IMG/VR virus record: IMGVR_UViG_3300022719_000283
Span: 252,067 to 316,066 of that record
Length of the DNA: 64,000 nt
Reading direction: 5' to 3' (one strand)
Source: a virus
Lineage: Duplodnaviria; Heunggongvirae; Uroviricota; Caudoviricetes
Numbering within the stretch: the stretch's first letter is position 1; each line of letters opens with the position of its first letter. The translations under genes and the position numbers were made by a program. A model generated the notes under the pieces. It was not told the DNA's origin, ran no database searches, and saw only the letters and a list, made by a program, of their open reading frames with translations. Below are positions 1-10,800 of this stretch, one piece after another.

Positions 1-2287
1 TCTCTTCCTCTTCTTCACCGGCACGGTAAAGCTGCGTCATCCGTGCTTGCCGGCGCATCTCAGCCTCACGTGTCGTGACGTCCATCCGAGCCGCCTTCGC
101 CATGCCGTCTTCATCCGTCCACTGACGTGGGGGAGAGGCCAACACGTTTCGCATCTGGCTCTGGGTATCGACGTTGATCGATTCGGGCGTGAGGACATTG
201 CGCATGACAGCGCCGGTGAAGGCGGGCACGGCGACCCAGGAAGCCTCGATGAAAGACACGCCACCAGTAGGGTCAAGGGTGTCGTGGCCACACAACTCCG
301 CAGTCTTCCTTCGAACGCCGCGCTCATCGAAGAAAATGTTGCCCTTCTCATATTTAATGCACGGGCACATTTCCGTCTCATCAGCGGCGACATTCCCGCA
401 CTTAGTGCACGCGGTCATCGTTACGGAGCAGCCCATCGAGAGCGTGCTCATCTTCCCGCCCTCGATGTCACGGATCAGGCTCGTGTGACGGCGATCATTC
501 GCGACGAGAATATCAACGTAGACCGAGGGGCCGATGTCCCGAGCCACCGCGTCGATGATGCGACCCTTACTCTGTTCCTCAATCTGGACGTGTTCGACGA
601 ATGAATGTGCTCCGATGAATGTTCGGTAGCTCTTGAGAAGAACGGGACGATCCCATGAGTCGCAGTTGTGGACGGCGACACCGTTGGCGACGTAGCTGTG
701 GTCCTCCTCGACGTCGAAATTGTAGACGGGGCCCGCGTAATCGACCTCTCCGACAGACTGGACGATCTGGAGCTCGTAGCCGTTCAGGAACCGGAACTTG
801 GGCGCCTCCTGGATGTCGCCGCGCTCCTCGATGGCCCGCAAGTACGGAGCCTCGTACACCGTGCCCTGGACGAGGTCGCCGATCCAGGCGCCGCCGCACG
901 CCACGTTCCACGTCACATTCGGAGGCTTGGAGGGGTCGTTGACCACGCGGACATCCCCGTCGATCACGAGACGCGACCGGCCAGGAGACTCAGCCCGGGT
1001 CAGATGACTGGCTACCCCGAGCCGGTTGAGGATGATCTGCATCTGGCTCGCGAGGGACCGGCAGGCGGATGTTCCGGTCACGCGGACATCGCCCGCGTAA
1101 TTTTCCTTGGCCGTGTCCTGGAAACATCCGTCGCCTTCGAACCACCCTCGAACAATCTCCATCTGCACGTCGTGGGGAGCCCGGATGAGCGACGGGCACA
1201 GCGTCTTGGTCGTGGCGCCGTTTCCCCGGACCCACTTGGAAAAAAACGCCGCCGCGTCCCGGTTCGTCCGGGTCGTCACATGGATGCCGTTGTTGGCTGG
1301 GTGCTCCCGAACAACGCACTCGACTCCGAACTCCCGTCGCATCAGGTCGCAGACGGTCCTTGCGAGGGTGGGGGCCTCATCCGCGTGGAAAGCCCAGACG
1401 GCCCCCACGCGCTCGTTCCCGTTCCGTGAATCGAGCTCGTAGTAGCCCTCGGCCGCGAAAAGACCCACCAGGCGCGCCTGCGCGAGCGTGAGATCGACGG
1501 GCTCGACCTCGGACAGCACGGGCATCGTCACGAAGTCCCGGTCGGTCAGGTCCCGGGCCTCGACGAACTCGCCAGACTTCTCCGCTAGGAGCACGTCTTT
1601 CCTGACCTTCTTCTGGTACCAGCACTCCGAGGAGCAGTAGAACTTCCCGATCAGGTGCGTGGCGCAGCGCACGTTGTAGGAGGACTTGCTCCGTGCCGGG
1701 ATCCCGCAGTTGGCACATTTGTTCTCGCGGAAAACGAAGAAAGGATGCTCGGCGGTGGCGTAGATGCGGTCCGTGGTGGCGCGGGGCTTGATCTCGAAGA
1801 TCGCCTCGTCCACGTCCCGACGCATCACGGCGCGGACCCTCCGGGCACGACCCTTGTGGGACAGCACTTCGTCCCCTTCGCGAATCTCCTCGATGGGCCT
1901 GACGGTGCCGTCCGCCATCGTGATCATCGTGCCGGGGACGAAGCAGTTGTTGTTGATCCAGCCCTCGGTCTCCGGCGTAACGCGGTAGTTAGCCCACTTC
2001 CGGTTGACCGTGCGACCATGCTCGTTGACGTTGCCGAGCTTGACGTTCGGGACTTCCTCGGTGTCCACCGAGGCGACGATCGTGGCGTGGCTGAGAAGAT
2101 ACTGCTTCGGATCGAATTCCTGGCCGAGGATTTCCGACGCCTGTGCGACGAGATTAGGAGAGCTACTCGCCGTGCGGTAGGGCCCGTTGGCTAGCACGGA
2201 CCGGTTCTGTCCCACGAAATTTCCCCAATTTTCCGGTGAGAAATTCCGGTGGACAAGAACTCCATGTGCTTTCTTGAGGAAAGCCAT
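1..2287 (-). CDS. Prohead (capsid maturation) protease with intein; runs off the left edge, so it is missing from the ORF track
   Basis: Manual translation from ATG 2287 (MAFLKKAHG...) is open to position 1. Spliced extein reads WINNN|CDSWDRPVLLKSYRTFIGAHSFVEH...SKGRIIDAVAR...TLSMGC...CTKCGN...FIEASWVAVPAF. This fits the N-x-N-(G/C)-D, His and LSMG pattern of phage prohead serine proteases. It lies in the head operon. Confidence 0.8.
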   Translation of the reverse strand, partial: MAFLKKAHGVLVHRNFSPENWGNFVGQNRSVLANGPYRTASSSPNLVAQASEILGQEFDPKQYLLSHATIVASVDTEEVPNVKLGNVNEHGRTVNRKWANYRVTPETEGWINNNCFVPGTMITMADGTVRPIEEIREGDEVLSHKGRARRVRAVMRRDVDEAIFEIKPRATTDRIYATAEHPFFVFRENKCANCGIPARSKSSYNVRCATHLIGKFYCSSECWYQKKVRKDVLLAEKSGEFVEARDLTDRDFVTMPVLSEVEPVDLTLAQARLVGLFAAEGYYELDSRNGNERVGAVWAFHADEAPTLARTVCDLMRREFGVECVVREHPANNGIHVTTRTNRDAAAFFSKWVRGNGATTKTLCPSLIRAPHDVQMEIVRGWFEGDGCFQDTAKENYAGDVRVTGTSACRSLASQMQIILNRLGVASHLTRAESPGRSRLVIDGDVRVVNDPSKPPNVTWNVACGGAWIGDLVQGTVYEAPYLRAIEERGDIQEAPKFRFLNGYELQIVQSVGEVDYAGPVYNFDVEEDHSYVANGVAVHNCDSWDRPVLLKSYRTFIGAHSFVEHVQIEEQSKGRIIDAVARDIGPSVYVDILVANDRRHTSLIRDIEGGKMSTLSMGCSVTMTACTKCGNVAADETEMCPCIKYEKGNIFFDERGVRRKTAELCGHDTLDPTGGVSFIEASWVAVPAFTGAVMRNVLTPESINVDTQSQMRNVLASPPRQWTDEDGMAKAARMDVTTREAEMRRQARMTQLYRAGEEEEE
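665..1945 (-). mobile_element. Intein (427 aa) with LAGLIDADG homing endonuclease, in the prohead protease
   Basis: Starts CFVPGTMITMADG; block B is YATAEHPFF; LAGLIDADG-like motifs are LVGLFAAEG and IVRGWFEGDG; ends VYNFDVEEDHSYVANGVAVHN followed by +1 Cys. Confidence 0.95.
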
Positions 2288-2288
2288 C

Positions 2289-2927
2289 CTAGGCGCCTCC
2301 CTCCAAGTGCTCTTCGACGAGGTCCGAACTTTTGATCATGAACATACACTTGGGGCAGGCGTGTAGCTTTTCGCAGCACCCGCTCTCCATCTTGTATGTG
2401 GCGCGACGAAGGTGCCCTTGGCATCCCTTCATCGGACACTTGTAGTTGCCCGTCTTGTGCTCTTCGGCACTGACTCTGTACTTGCGGTCCCGAGCGTGCC
2501 AATAGAGGCTCTTTTTCACGAAAGCCTGGGCCACCCGAATGGTCATCCGATCTTGATCGTGAGCCACTTTGGCCGTGGGTGAGGGAACTTCGTGGACGAG
2601 CTCGACACGAGGATCTTCGCCTTCAACGACGTTCGACTGGGGGCCGCCTTCAGAAAGCTGAGCCGCACTCCCAGGACCGCCAGGCACGTCCTCGTGCATC
2701 GGAGTCACATAGGGATCGTCTCCAGGATTCACGATTTGGAGATCCTCCACTGGGTGCCGGTAGCTCGTATGGGGCCACTGCACCTGCACCATGCCGATGC
2801 CCGGATAGGAGGCCACGACACGACCCACATCGGTGTTACCACCGTTGACGAGCTGCACGCTCTGGCCGACCTGGAACTCTTGTCCCCGGGCCTGCCAGTT
2901 GCCTGCATCTGCTTGTCGTGTCTGCAT
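2289..2927 (-). CDS. Putative virion/head protein with SH3-like N-terminus and C-terminal Cys cluster
   Basis: 212-aa ORF tightly packed in the head operon; CPMKGC...CPKC; contains KVA and RVAQAF tags. Confidence 0.6.
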   Translation of the reverse strand: MQTRQADAGNWQARGQEFQVGQSVQLVNGGNTDVGRVVASYPGIGMVQVQWPHTSYRHPVEDLQIVNPGDDPYVTPMHEDVPGGPGSAAQLSEGGPQSNVVEGEDPRVELVHEVPSPTAKVAHDQDRMTIRVAQAFVKKSLYWHARDRKYRVSAEEHKTGNYKCPMKGCQGHLRRATYKMESGCCEKLHACPKCMFMIKSSDLVEEHLEGGA

Positions 2928-2938
2928 TCAGCTTCCTC

Positions 2939-3925
2939 TCAAGCGAAAAGTTCGTAGCCGTGATCCAGGGTTTCGAAGATGTCCTGGTAGGCGGACTTGT
3001 CGACGACGGGCTTGCCGTCGTCATCCTCGCCGGGAAGGTCCTCTTCCATGGAAGGATCGGGGTCCTTGGAGTCGGCTTTCTTGCTCGACTTCTTCTCATC
3101 CTGGGTGGTGCGGTGTCCCGGCACCCAGCCCTCGTCCTCTTCCCCCTCTTCCTTCGGACCTTTGGACTCGTTGCCAGGAACGCGAGAATCGGCCTTCTTG
3201 CTCGATTTCTTCTCGTCGTCCTTGTCCCCGTCCTTGTCCCCGTCCTTTTTGGCCTCGGCCTCTTCCTTTTTCTTCTTGGCGTTCTCAATGAACTCGGGAG
3301 GGAGGCCCGCAGTCAGGTTGTAGCCGTGGAATCCGACAACTCCGGCGGCCTTTTCAACGACGACCTCTTCCTCGATCTCAGCTTCTTTTGGCTTCTCCGC
3401 AGGTTTTTCCGCGTGCTTGAGGGTCTTGCGCACGGCGTTTTCGGCTGCTGAGCACACACGGGAGAGCGCTTTGACACTCTCCTTGATGCTTCCTGCACGT
3501 TTCGCGTCTTCCTTCGCCTCTCGGAGAGCCTTGACGGCAGCGGCCACGCGGCGCAGACCATCGATGGTTTCTTCGATGATGTTCACGACATGGGCTTCCA
3601 GCGGATGAGCCATGCGGTCGGAGATGCGGCTTAGAGCCGACCCCATTCGGGGGCGCTCCATCAACTGGCGCACATCACCGCTGAGGGCATGCAAAAAGCC
3701 ATCGAACCCAAGCAGGCAGTCCTTGGCTTCGCGGACGTACTTCTGCTTGTCTTGGAGGGCTTCGCAGGCTTCTTTGAGACGCCCAACACCATCCGCGTGG
3801 TCCTTCCCGGCATCCTTAGCCATCACATCCGCAGCACGGCAAACCTTGGTGATCTCCTCGTCGAGATCACCAAGGCGGTCGATGAAACTACGTGTCTGCA
3901 TGAGCGACAAACCGTGCATAGGCAC
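2939..3925 (-). CDS. Charged coiled-coil protein, possibly scaffold or internal head protein
   Basis: 328-aa ORF; helical N-half and acidic/basic low-complexity C-half; DEKKSSKKADS occurs twice. Confidence 0.55.
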   Translation of the reverse strand: MPMHGLSLMQTRSFIDRLGDLDEEITKVCRAADVMAKDAGKDHADGVGRLKEACEALQDKQKYVREAKDCLLGFDGFLHALSGDVRQLMERPRMGSALSRISDRMAHPLEAHVVNIIEETIDGLRRVAAAVKALREAKEDAKRAGSIKESVKALSRVCSAAENAVRKTLKHAEKPAEKPKEAEIEEEVVVEKAAGVVGFHGYNLTAGLPPEFIENAKKKKEEAEAKKDGDKDGDKDDEKKSSKKADSRVPGNESKGPKEEGEEDEGWVPGHRTTQDEKKSSKKADSKDPDPSMEEDLPGEDDDGKPVVDKSAYQDIFETLDHGYELFA

Positions 3926-3968
3926 CTCCAGAAACCGGCAGCTTCAAAACAAAAGCCGCCGAGGATGG

Positions 3969-4487
3969 TTAGTCCTTGACGACCTTGGGACGGGGAATGT
4001 TGTTCTTCTCGAGCAGCTTGGCCATCTTTTTCACGAGCTCGGAAGCGGCCTTGGCGTTGCTGAACATTCCGTCCTGCTGGACCTGACGAAGCTGGTCGAA
4101 CTCGTCCTGCTTGAAGACGTCCATGTAGGGTTCGTCCTCATTACGCAGGAGGGCACCGGACTGCTCCTCACCGATCTCGGCGGGGTTGAACTCCCAACCC
4201 TGGACCTGCTCCTCGGTCTCGTTCTGCTTGGGGTCCATCTCCGCCTGCTTCTCGATGGCCGAGGCAAGCTTGGCGATCTCGGGGTCCTTGAACTGGCCGT
4301 TATCGGTGCGCTCAATGCCGGCGGTCTTCTCGACCTCCCGGCTCAGAAGATCGCAACGAAGACCAAAGTCCTCGGCGACTTTTGGCGAAACACCGAGAGC
4401 GGTGTGCTCCGTCTCGAAAAGATTGGCGATCCGGTCGAGGTCTCGAGTGACCTGCAACGCACCTTGCTTGCTGAGCTTCTTCGACAT
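3969..4487 (-). CDS. Hypothetical head-associated protein
   Basis: 172-aa ORF with a GAGGTG RBS; first gene after a candidate late promoter; contains KTAG, KLAS and KAAS. Confidence 0.65.
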   Translation of the reverse strand: MSKKLSKQGALQVTRDLDRIANLFETEHTALGVSPKVAEDFGLRCDLLSREVEKTAGIERTDNGQFKDPEIAKLASAIEKQAEMDPKQNETEEQVQGWEFNPAEIGEEQSGALLRNEDEPYMDVFKQDEFDQLRQVQQDGMFSNAKAASELVKKMAKLLEKNNIPRPKVVKD

Positions 4488-4582
4488 GTCGTTTTCACCT
4501 CTGGATATCTGGGGTGTCGCAAGGGCGCGTGCACGAACCCTCGGGGATCGAGGGGCAGCCCTTCACTTATTTGGCGGTTCGT

Positions 4583-4597
4583 ATAAGTGGAAAAACG
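4583..4597 (-). promoter_or_regulatory. Candidate late promoter motif (CGTTTTTCCACTTAT)
   Basis: Matches the recurring 15-mer CGGTTTTCnnCCTAT seen upstream of several virion genes. Confidence 0.45.
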
Positions 4598-4623
4598 AAC
4601 CAATCTGCACTTTTTCGGGTTCC

Positions 4624-4826
4624 AAACCCTCTCAACTGGAGTGACCTAACCCCGATCCGAGATTGAAGGGACTTTCGAAGCCCCTTCAATCTCTTGCCGG
4701 CCCCAAAAACCGACTCGAAGGGATAGAAAACCCCCCCGGCAGTGCTCCAGGGGAGTTTTTCTTCCCGCGCTATGGGGCCAAGAGGGTTTTTCAGGTTTGT
4801 AGGGAGAAAAAACCTCCCTACAAACC
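4624..4826 (-). ncRNA. Highly structured intergenic element (possible ncRNA, terminator or processing signal)
   Basis: Perfect 13-bp inverted repeat 4794-4806/4814-4826; long hairpin 4659-4693; hairpin 4720-4766; enclosing pairings GGCCCCA/TGGGGCC and AAACCCTCT/AGAGGGTTT. Confidence 0.4.
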
Positions 4827-4829
4827 CGG

Positions 4830-7800
4830 TTAGGCTGCCTCAACCACGATAAAAGGTCGGTTCGGATCGTCTGGGTGGAATGACTGAACGTGGGTCAGCC
4901 AGAGCTCAGCAACCTTGTCGGATGCCAAACGAGTGGGCCCTCGCTCCTCGATGGGGATGTTGAAATCGGCCGAGAATCCCTCGTCCTCAGCCTCCTCACG
5001 CCCTTCAGGGGCGTTTTCCCCCTTGGCGTATTGCTCGGCCTTGGCCTTATCCTTGAAAGACTTGGGAGTGCCTTTGCGATTCTTCGCACGCCAATTGCCC
5101 TGGTCCGTCTCCCAGACATCACCGGGACCGTGATTGTCATCCTGGACGGCTTCCTCCGCCTGCCCGATCACCCGGTCAAGTTTCTTGACCCGTTCGTCGA
5201 ACTTGGCCCGCGCACGCTCGGGCAACTTTTCACGTTGCGCTTCCATCTTCTTGCGCATGGCCCTGGCCTTGTCGAGACGCTTCCGGCGCTCTTGAGCCTT
5301 GGGAGTGTCCTCCTTGGGCTTCTTCTCTTTGGCACCGGGCCACGGCGAACCTCCACGGGCATGTGCTTCGGCCTCTTCCCGAGTCTCGAATCGTTTGCGC
5401 CACCCTCGATCGTCTTGTGACTCCCACTCCCCTTCACCTTCGGGGCCTCCCGGTGAACGCCAAAATTTGGCTCCCTTCTCCGAGACTTGGTACCAGTCAC
5501 GCTCCGGATCACTATCCACGTATTGCCCGGATTCTGCGGGCTTCGGCGCATCTGCACGTGCCTTTTCACGATCCTCCTTGGTGCGAGGCTCAGGAGTGTT
5601 GGCATCGGGATGGGGGAGCGTCTCCGTATCCATTACGCTTTTGTCCCCCGTCTCGACGAAGTTCTTGAAGACCGCGGTAGCAGGAGAGATGACCCACTTG
5701 TTGAACTTGTCCTTGAGAGTATCGAGCAGGCTTTGGGCCGATTCCTGAAGTCCTTTGCCTCCCTCGCCTAGAACATCCTGGACGAGCTGCTCATCTTGGG
5801 GATCGGGGCGCTCTCCTCGAGCTCGAGCCTCATCGATCCGTACCAGAGCGTCGAAGGCAGCTTGACGACCCGGTCCTCCGTTCGTCTTGGCTTCTTCGAT
5901 GATCTGTGCACGAACATCTGGATCGTCCCAATCCGTAGCTCCCGCTGCTTCCATCACGTCCCTGGTCGCACGATCTCCCCACACATCGTTCATCCAGTCG
6001 TCGATCAAAAAGCTCTTGATGAGCTGTTTGTACTCACTGCCACCAGGGCCAGAGTTTTGGAGGAGGCCCTTGAGACGCCGGAAGGGGTGGTTCGGATCGT
6101 CTCCCACGATGAATTCAGCAAGCTCATCGTCGTTCATATTGTTGAGGGCATTGCGCATGACTTGCCGACTTTCATCCGCAAACATGTCTCCCACGGGCTT
6201 GAACATGGTCGCAATGTTGCCCCCTTCAGCTAGGCGGCGAATCAGAGCGGCAGGTCCTTTGCTCACCTGGGGTTGGCCGGGAAGAGAGTCTCCTGTATCG
6301 GCCACGTGAGCCGTATTGATGCCCGTCAGAATGGCGCTAAGCTCTTGAGCTCGGTCGGTTTCGGGATCCAGGCCGCGTAGCTCCTCAGAAATCTTATTGG
6401 CTGCATCGCGGCGCAAGATGCCATTAAGACGAGAGAAAGTGTTGTAACCATCCAAGGCACGGTTGCCGTAGGCCACCTCATCCATCTCGGTTTGACCAAC
6501 GGGTTTGGCTCCCGCGATCATCGGGTTCGCCACTACGTTGCGTGTATACGCAATCTTCGCCAGACGTTCACCCAGTTCATCCGGAGCGTTCTGACCTTGA
6601 GTGCTGAACCCGGACTTCGCCATCGCGTTGGCAACCGAGACGGCCTCATCGGAAGTGGGATCCTGATCGGTGAGTTTCTGGAGCGTGTTCTCGAACTCCA
6701 GCGAAAACTGCTCCATCTCGTCATCGTTGAACTTGTCGAGCTTGGCTTCGATCTCAGCCTTCACATGGCGTGGGAGTCTCGACCCTTTGCCCATGAGAGA
6801 CTCCATCGTCTCGACGGTGCGCTCTATGGCTTCACGCCTGCGTTTTTCCTGCTCGCGTTTCTTCTCTTGCTTTTGCTGGCGCTTCTCTTGCTTTTGCTGG
6901 CGCTTCGCCCCGGAGGGGTCACTGCGCTCAGCTTTGAGCTCTTCCACGCGCTGTTGCTTGTAATTGAGGTCCTCCTTTTTCTCCTTGAGTTCCTCTTCGG
7001 TTTCGTCGAGTTTCTTTCGCTCTTCCTTGAGTTGTGCTTCGGGGTCTTCGGCCGCTTGCTCCTGGGGCTCTTCCTCAAGTTTCTTCTCGAGGAACTCCAC
7101 AGCCTTGGCGCTTTCACGCCCTGATTTGCGCAAGGACTTGTACTCGGCCTTCTTCTCCTTGAGCGCCTCTTTGACGTCGTCGAAATCCCCATCTGCTTCA
7201 CGAATAGCCTTGCGGGCCTCGGCCACCATGCTTTTGAATCGTTCCACTTGCGGATGATCCTCACCAAGCTGCTCAAGGTATCCTTTCGCGTCCTTGATGA
7301 CCTTCTGCTGGGACTTGATCTCCTTCTTCAGATCGTCAGACCGGTCCTCCAGCTTGTCCATTTCCTTCCCCAGCGGTTTCATCCGCTGGACGGTCTCTCG
7401 CATCTTCTGTTTCTCTTGATCGATACGGGCCTGGATCTTCTCCTTGCGGGCTTCCGGGTCCATAGGAGGCTTACGGGACTTCCGGCGCAGCTTGTCGATA
7501 TTCTTTTTGTGTTCCTTGATCTGCTTTTGCAGCTCTTCGACAGAGAGCTCGAGCTCATCTACCTCATCACGTACCTCTTGCAGGTCTTCATCGATGTCTT
7601 CGCGTGTACGCTTCCCTTCCTCTTCGCCCTTCCCTTTCTCTTTCTTGCCTTCCTCTTCTTTGGCACCAGGGAACTGACGACGGTACTCGGCACGCACCTT
7701 CTCTGCCGCAGGAGGATCCTGCTTCTTGAGCCCCTCAAACCCAACCTCAGCACTGGGCGGGGCGTTTTTGGCCTTGCTGGGCCATCGCTTATCCTTGACC

Positions 7801-10800
7801 CATTGTTCGAAAGTGGGAGCCTCACGCTGCTGCCGTTGGCCCGTCGGGGCTTCCACCTCAGCAAGGCGGTGAATCAGACGCACTGATGAAGGGCGCGTCG
7901 GGGCTGCAACCCAACGCCACGCGACTCGATGGCCGACCTTGTTCCACTTCATGGAGAGGTCTCTGTCACCTTTATCTCCGCCTCCGAGGACCTCTTCCTC
8001 ATCCTCTTCGTCCAGTGTGCGGTTGTCACGGAGGTCGTAGCGCGGCGGTTTCTTCTTCGGCTCCTTGCGAAGCATCTTCTGGACCTGCTCCTCCTCCTTT
8101 TCCGCGTCCGACTTCGTGCCGGTCTTATCCTGGTGCTTGCACATGGAACACCGGGTGTTGTCGTTTCGATACTCCTCTGAATCGATCGGGATTCCCCACT
8201 TGAGGCCATAATGATGAGCGAGTCCGTTCATGCACCGACTACAGGACTGGCCAGCCACCATGATGGCATCCCCAACATCCCACTCCTCGCTGCGAACCAT
8301 GGCGGTAACGAGATCCCCGGGAAACGTAGAAGCCCCTCGGAAGATCTCCGAGCTCGTGCCGTCGTCATTCAGTTGAAGAATGCTGTGCACGAGCTCGTTC
8401 GGGAATTGGCTGTGCTGGGTGGTGGCGCCTTCAGGGGCCCCCAAGGGTCCTTCGTCAAAGTCCGGCTCTCCTAGACTGTTGCCCTCACTATCCTCGTACC
8501 AGAGCACCGTGAACAGCTCGGGGTCGAACTTGAGCCCGGGAATGTGGGGACGCGGCTTTTCATGATCTCGCGCAAGGCGATAGAGATTCGGAGCTTCTCG
8601 CAGCCACCACTTCCGGTCTCGTGCAACCAAGACCGGCGCATTCAGGGCGTTGGCCAGGATCCGTCGTTCTGTGAGAGTCCCTTGGGACGTGACTTGCCGG
8701 AGTCCGTAAGGGGGCAGCGCGTCCTTCTCACGGACCGGGCGGTCGAAAGGCTCGAGCTCTCCCGCGTCGTTGTAACGGCCTCTGATACCCACGTCGTAGC
8801 CGCCGTCTGCACGGGTCTCGAGCACGGCACCGCCGCTCTCCCGCACGTGCCGTTCCATCTCGTTCCAGGTAGCCTCCGAATCAGGAGACTGTATGGCTAC
8901 TGCTTCCGCGACGCTACCGGGCCACATCTGGTGAGACAGTTCGTACCACGGGGTGTCATCGAGCATGTCCTTGAGGGCGTCAGGAGCGATGACATAAAGT
9001 GCCCCGGTGTCGGTGACTGCTTCAGCTCCCTTCTTCGTATGGCTCTCACTGATGGTGCCGTCCTTCATGTATTCGTCCTCCAGCCCGGGGACGAGATACT
9101 GACTCTTGAGCGTGCTGGCCTCATGACCCACGCGCTCGGCCGTCGCCTCAAGGGCCTTCTTGAACTCGTCCTTCAGCTTCTTCTCGCGCTCCTTGGGATC
9201 GTCGGGCAGTTTGCCTTTCCGCACCTTCCGAAGCTGCGTCTTCATCTCCGTATTGGCGTGGAGCCCTCGGATGTCTTTGGCTGAGATCCCAAAGGGTTTC
9301 AGATACGCATTGACTTCCGAAGCCGACACGCTCAACACGCATTCGTTGGGTTTTTTGTCTGCGCACGCTTTCTTGAGCGCGCTGACAATCCGCGAATTCG
9401 TGATCTTCTTCTTTTGATCGACGCCGGACTTGCCCACATACGAGAGGGTCGCACTTCCATTGTGAAATTTGACGTGTTTGACACGCCAGGTGGTGACTCC
9501 GAAGTGCCCCTCTTTGGCACTCCCGTCGTTGCCCACACGCTCGAAGGTTTCGTCCATGAGACCCACCGCAAGGGCCACGTCACGAGTCTTCTCGTCTTTG
9601 GACTGGACATCCTTGCGGACTTTCGTCTGTAGCTTCTGCATCGATTTGCGTAGCTTCTCGACGCGTTCCGCCTTCTTACGATTTCGATCTGCCACCTGGC
9701 GATCGCTGTACTCGTAGACGGTCATCTCATCACCGTCTTTGGTCTTGACCTTCTTCTTCGACTTGTAGCGGGCCATCACCTGGCGTTTCAAGCTCTTTTT
9801 GGCGCTGGCGCTTTCCATCTCATCCGGCACCGTCACATACTGGTCCTTGAGCTCCTTCTTGGACGGGTACTGAAAAACGCGCACCTTGAGTTTGGGCTTT
9901 CGCCCATCCGGAAGAAGATTGCGGACGCCCTTGAACTTGGAATGCTCCGGGATCAAGTAGAGCAGGATCTCTCCCTTGGAAGGGTTGACGATCATCTGAG
10001 AGGTGGTGCGCATCTTGTCCGTGAACCGCACGGGATTGAGCGAACCGTCCGTTTTCTCGATGCTCTGCGTCAACACAGGCATCAAGTCCTCGGCTCGTTG
10101 AACCTTCTCAAGCTGCTTCTTAGCCTCCCACTGACGCACCACTGAAGAGATGTAGTCGTCACCTTTCGTGTAGCCCGCTCCAGGATAATAGATGCCGTGG
10201 TTGGTCCGGGTATAAACGTCATCTGACGACAGACTCACCACCTTCGGCGTGTGGATTTTGGAGCTCTCGAGCGCGTAAACCTTAGCGCCATCAGAGATAA
10301 GGGTGTGGCCCTTCAGGCCGCGTTTGAAAGTAGGTGGCTTGTAGGTGATCAGTGACCGTAGAACCTCGGGCAGGGTCTTCTTGGTGAGCGCCTTGACGAT
10401 CTTGATGCCATCCGGAGAGCGTTCAGGATCGCTATCTCCCTCCGACAATCCCTCACGCTCATCCTGAAGCACCATGAGAGAAGAGTTTACGATGCCGATT
10501 CCGTGCTCATTGATCCCTTCACAGAAGCCCGTGATGCGGTCGAACAGGATACATATCTCGGTTCCGTCAACCTCTAGGTGATAGACGCAAAGCGACGGGT
10601 TGTACATCCGATCACGCACTTTGCCTAGCACAACGTCGCCATCGCACTTTTTGGAAAAGACAATACACGCTTGCTTCTGCTGGGCCTCTGCTTTCCAGAT
10701 CTTGTAGAGACCCATCGTTCGGTTCTTCTTGCGGCCCTTGGGAACCGGCTCGATCTCCACCGATGGGACACCACGATCATCGTCGAAGAACCGCACGATC

